Below are positions 60,446-64,000 of a stretch of 64,000 bases of DNA, in pieces (positions within the stretch are counted from its first letter, which is position 1; each line of letters starts with the position of its first letter). Under the pieces are notes generated by a model, which saw only the letters and a program-made list of their open reading frames with translations, was not told where the DNA came from and searched no databases. Source of the DNA: Octopus sinensis (lineage: Eukaryota); NCBI RefSeq assembly GCF_006345805.1, contig NC_043001.1, positions 122,388,001 through 122,452,000 on the forward strand. The letters are read 5' to 3'. The position numbers and the translations under genes are program-made.

Positions 60446-61137
60446 GCTCTCTTCAAAAGTGACTACAAAGTTATGAAATGCTCTGGAACGAAACGAAACT
60501 GAATACTACTTAGGCAAATTACTGTTTTTCAGATAATTAGCATTTTTCTCGGTGTAGAAACAGTGATCAGCTACATTTCGAGATTGGATATGTCCAAAAT
60601 TAGGTAACTACCCCTCTTTGAGAAATGGTTAAAACTTCCAGATTGGTTCTTCCTTTTAAGAATTGATTTAACTATACCTACTTAACATCCAGAAATATTT
60701 GAAAACAGTTTTCCGAGAGCTTTGTAAGGACATCATTCCTTACATCATTCCCTAGAAAAGTTGAATGACATGAGCTAGTTTTAAGATAATTTCTAGTGTT
60801 TATTATTTTATGTTTAATAATAGTTATGTGGACTAAATTGTGTGTGGTAAATTTTTCTTAACATTTATTAACATAGTTTCTGCTTAAAAGTTAAGATATC
60901 AATCTATATAGAAAATTACGTTTTTTTTTTGTTTTTTTTTTTGAAATCTCACAATGTGAGATATTCAACAACATTACTTTGTAGTAAAGATTGTTTGCCA
61001 ACATAACAGTAGGCCTAAACCAGGACTGCCATGTTATGTTGGCAAACAAACTTTACTTTCAATCTATATAATTCGTTTATTTAACGATTTTCTCATTATG
61101 CTGTCATTTAAGAGTTTATTTTATTTCCTCCCCACAG

Positions 61138-61201
61138 AAAATGTCGTTGTTATGGAGCTGCTTTGGATTGTTAGTGGCGCTAGCAGTACATTGTACTGAA
61201 G
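61138..61201 (+). CDS. Probable first coding exon of a secreted or membrane protein (signal peptide MSLLWSCFGLLVALAVHCTE)
   Basis: Polypyrimidine tract and cacAG acceptor (61136-37), ATG at 61141, 20 hydrophobic codons plus 1 nt, donor GTaagg at 61202; downstream exons not identified. Confidence 0.55.
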
Positions 61202-61254
61202 GTAAGGTTATGTACTTTTTATTACTGTAATAATGTATTTGTGAATGTACGTGC

Positions 61255-61545
61255 CTTAGTTGTTATAAAGTCGTGAGTTCAATTCCCGGTGACACATTGT
61301 GTCCTTGAGCAAGACACTTTATTTCACGTTGATCCACTCCACTCAGTTGACAAAAATGAGTAGAACTTGTATTTGAAAAGACAGCCTTTTCACACTTTCT
61401 GTCAAGCTGAATCTCCCCGAAAACTACATGAAGAGCACACGTGTCTGTGGAGTGCTCAGCCACTTGCATGTTAATTTCACGAGCTGGCTGTTCTGTTAAT
61501 CGGGTCAAGTGAAATCCTCGTCGTCGTAACCGACGAAGTGCCAGT
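61255..61545 (+). mobile_element. SINE family C
   Basis: B-box gagttcaattcc and ccttgagcaagacacttt core. Confidence 0.65.
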
Positions 61546-62535
61546 TTATTTTTTTTAATACTGTATTTATATTAAGCCTATGTGCGATGACAAAATTGGT
61601 TGATGCTGGAAGAGAGCTTAATGGATGTATTTCTACGATAATCAAGATCCACAGAAAACCTTCATACGCCTTCATCAGTTAATAGCATATTTGTCAATTA
61701 TCTAGTACCCCTGCATATTGGAGTAATGTGTTGTATGCGTAACTTAAAGTATTAAATGAATCGATTAAGTGGTTTAAAGACCCATAAATTAATAGATCGT
61801 TACTTACTTTACTCAAGCCTTTCATTCCCTGGGGCATGTGTCACAGACGATTTTTTCCACTGCTCTCTGCTCTAGGATATCTCCTTTCCCAAATCTTGTT
61901 GGTTTTGAATTGTCGCTGATGCGTCTACAACTCTGCTTTTCTCTAGGTAGAGGTGTTGGACCTGCTCAAACATTTTTACCTCCGAGAAGAGATAGCCCAC
62001 CTTAATCTGGCCTCAATCCTTTATTCTGTTCAGCATGAGTGGAGGTACAACCAGAAGCTTACCCTCCAGTGGCATAGCTCTCATTGTCATTGAGGTTCAG
62101 ACACCATACTGCAACGAAGACTGAAATTGTGCCGGAACATAGACCGCTGATACACTACTAAAAACTTCGTTATCATGTAGTGTAAATAAAGTGATGCAGC
62201 CTGGGAAAAAACAATTTATTCGCACAGGTGGAATTGAACTTTGAACTAAAATAAATTAACGGTATAATGCTGTTGTTCCTTACAGTAAGCAGAACCGCCC
62301 AATAGTACTTGAGGTTAAGCAACTATTCTAACCACTATTCTAGCACGCACTGTTCACATAGGCACATGTATGGGTATGCGGTTTAAAAGCTTGTTCTTCA
62401 ACCATGTGGTTTTGGATTCAGTGCCACCGCATGTTACCATAGGCAAGTGTCTTCTACTATATCCTCCTTTCGACCAACGATTTGTAAATAAATTCGCTAA
62501 ACGGAAAGTATGTAGAAGCCTGCTGTATATATATG

Positions 62536-62935
62536 TTAGTCGTATGGAAGATGGCAGAATCTTCAAGGACATACTCTACGAAGAGTTTGCTAGGGGCATT
62601 AGGTCTGTTGGAAGACCATTCTTACAGTACAAGGATGTCTACACAAGGGACATGAAGGCCTGCAATATCAATATTAGCAACTGGGAAGCGGTTTGGCAGC
62701 AACTATGGAGATTGGCGACGCACCATAGAAGGAGTGACTGAGGTAACAAGAAACTATGACCTTACAATCAGCCAGGTAAAGTCTTCGCTACATCTACGTC
62801 ACCTGCCAGAGGGAGTGTTTGTCCAGGATATGACTACATAGCCACAGCAAGAGATGTAAATGATATGAAATGTAAAAACCAGACTGGATTATTATATGCG
62901 CAACTCCATTGTCTCTCGAAACAAAAGGATACCAC
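62536..62935 (+). mobile_element. RTE/BovB-like LINE 3' fragment, preceded by a diverged SINE B (62360-62530)
   Basis: VSRMEDGRIFKDILYEEFARGIRSVGRPFLQYKDVYTRDMKACNI, typical of the RTE C-terminus. Confidence 0.75.
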
Positions 62936-63224
62936 TCCATATATTTATGTGTGCGCATTTATTTGCATTCACTACCATACACCATTCTCTCCCTAATATT
63001 GAATCTTGCAACTGAGTTATGGGAGAGAGATAAAGTCTGCTGTCCTGTTTAGCACCATTACCTAACCTTTACATGTATTTTGGTGGTGTTTAATCTGTTG
63101 CAAGCATCCGAACCAGAAATCTTGTGTGAATGCAACTTTTCTTCTTCTTCCCACCAGTCATATAAAATAACATAACTGCATCGACAGTTACACACAGATA
63201 TACAAACAGACACAAGCATACATA

Positions 63225-63560
63225 TATATACACGCACATGGGTAAAGACCCTTTTCAGTCATGAATGACCATAGGATTGCACCTAGGAAATTCCTCACCG
63301 ACGTACAAGTCCGGGAAAGGTTGTTTACAGAAGACCAACAGTCACCTATGAATACCAGCCCCCACTTCTGCACGCCAGCAATATTATCCAAGGGAAACTG
63401 ACGTCGCAACTCATTTCTACAGCTGAGTGAACTGAAGCAACATGAAATGAAGTCTCTTGCACAAGAATACACCTCACAGGTCGATCCCGGAATCGAACTC
63501 ACTACCTCATGTTTATGAGCCCGACGCTCTAATCACTGAGTCATTTATGCCTTCACACGC
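63225..63560 (-). mobile_element. SINE family C
   Basis: Reverse complement of the 60230-60430 and 61260-61330 type sequence. Confidence 0.65.
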
Positions 63561-64000
63561 ATACACACAGTACAATATACGAACAAGTGAGGAAGCCTCT
63601 ACATGGTCACTTGACCTGCAGTCAGTCAAATCTCCTTCAAACCACAATCAAGTGTTTTCCTAAAACTGGATAGACACATGATAATATAGCCTTATGTAAT
63701 GGGACCTTTGTTCGGAGAATTCTGGCACCATGGAACACATTTTAGCTACTAGAGCTCTTAAATCTACAGTGGCCCGAAGTAGGACTAACCAGGGCCCCAA
63801 CTATGGGTTAATTAGCATGTCGCAGGATTGCTTCCAGAAGGTTACTCACAGATGCTCCAATGAACCCAGAACAAACGAGGCCCTTTAGCCATCCTATCTT
63901 TTTTATATGTAAGACTACACTCACAAATGTGCTATTGTATTTTTAAGACGATGTAAGAGAAATTTGCAAGCTATTTCCATTCGTCCGTGAGCATGTTTGA

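Noticed and set aside
2862-63560. tRNA genes at SINE heads
   Set aside because: A/B boxes are present, but the heads run into conserved SINE bodies and tails and do not form full cloverleaves.

Overview
Eukaryotic, AT-rich, microsatellite- and transposon-dense genomic DNA, most likely from an octopus or related coleoid cephalopod. This is inferred from the tRNA-derived SINE families, TTAGGG repeats and repeat landscape. The host gene, largely missed by the ORF track, is a minus-strand cytochrome P450 of the CYP4 clan (CYP4V-like). Coding exons 1-8 (44436 down to 2274) splice via GT-AG into an open 337-codon frame; the heme-binding 3' exons lie left of the window. Its introns and upstream region hold a near full-length Helitron, a complete Ty3/Gypsy LTR element with TSD and tRNA-Leu PBS, Tc1/mariner, hAT, R4/Dong, CR1, RTE and Tx1/L1-clade remnants, and many SINEs. 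A probable signal-peptide exon of a second gene lies on the plus strand at 61138-61201. The most striking element is in CYP intron 2: an ORF-less head-to-tail array of about 4 x 534-bp units (37261-39377) embedded in (TA)n. Each unit carries a complete type I hammerhead ribozyme (CUGACGA...GAAA, GUC cleavage site, 12-of-13-bp stem I, palindromic stem III), so the array is a candidate non-LTR retrozyme / circular-RNA-producing unit, with a Penelope-like fold-back head. Further hammerhead-like motifs occur in other (TA)n-associated elements. A TSD-flanked ORF1-only (HAL1-like) retroelement shares its 3' tail with the dominant SINE and with a Tx1-like LINE.
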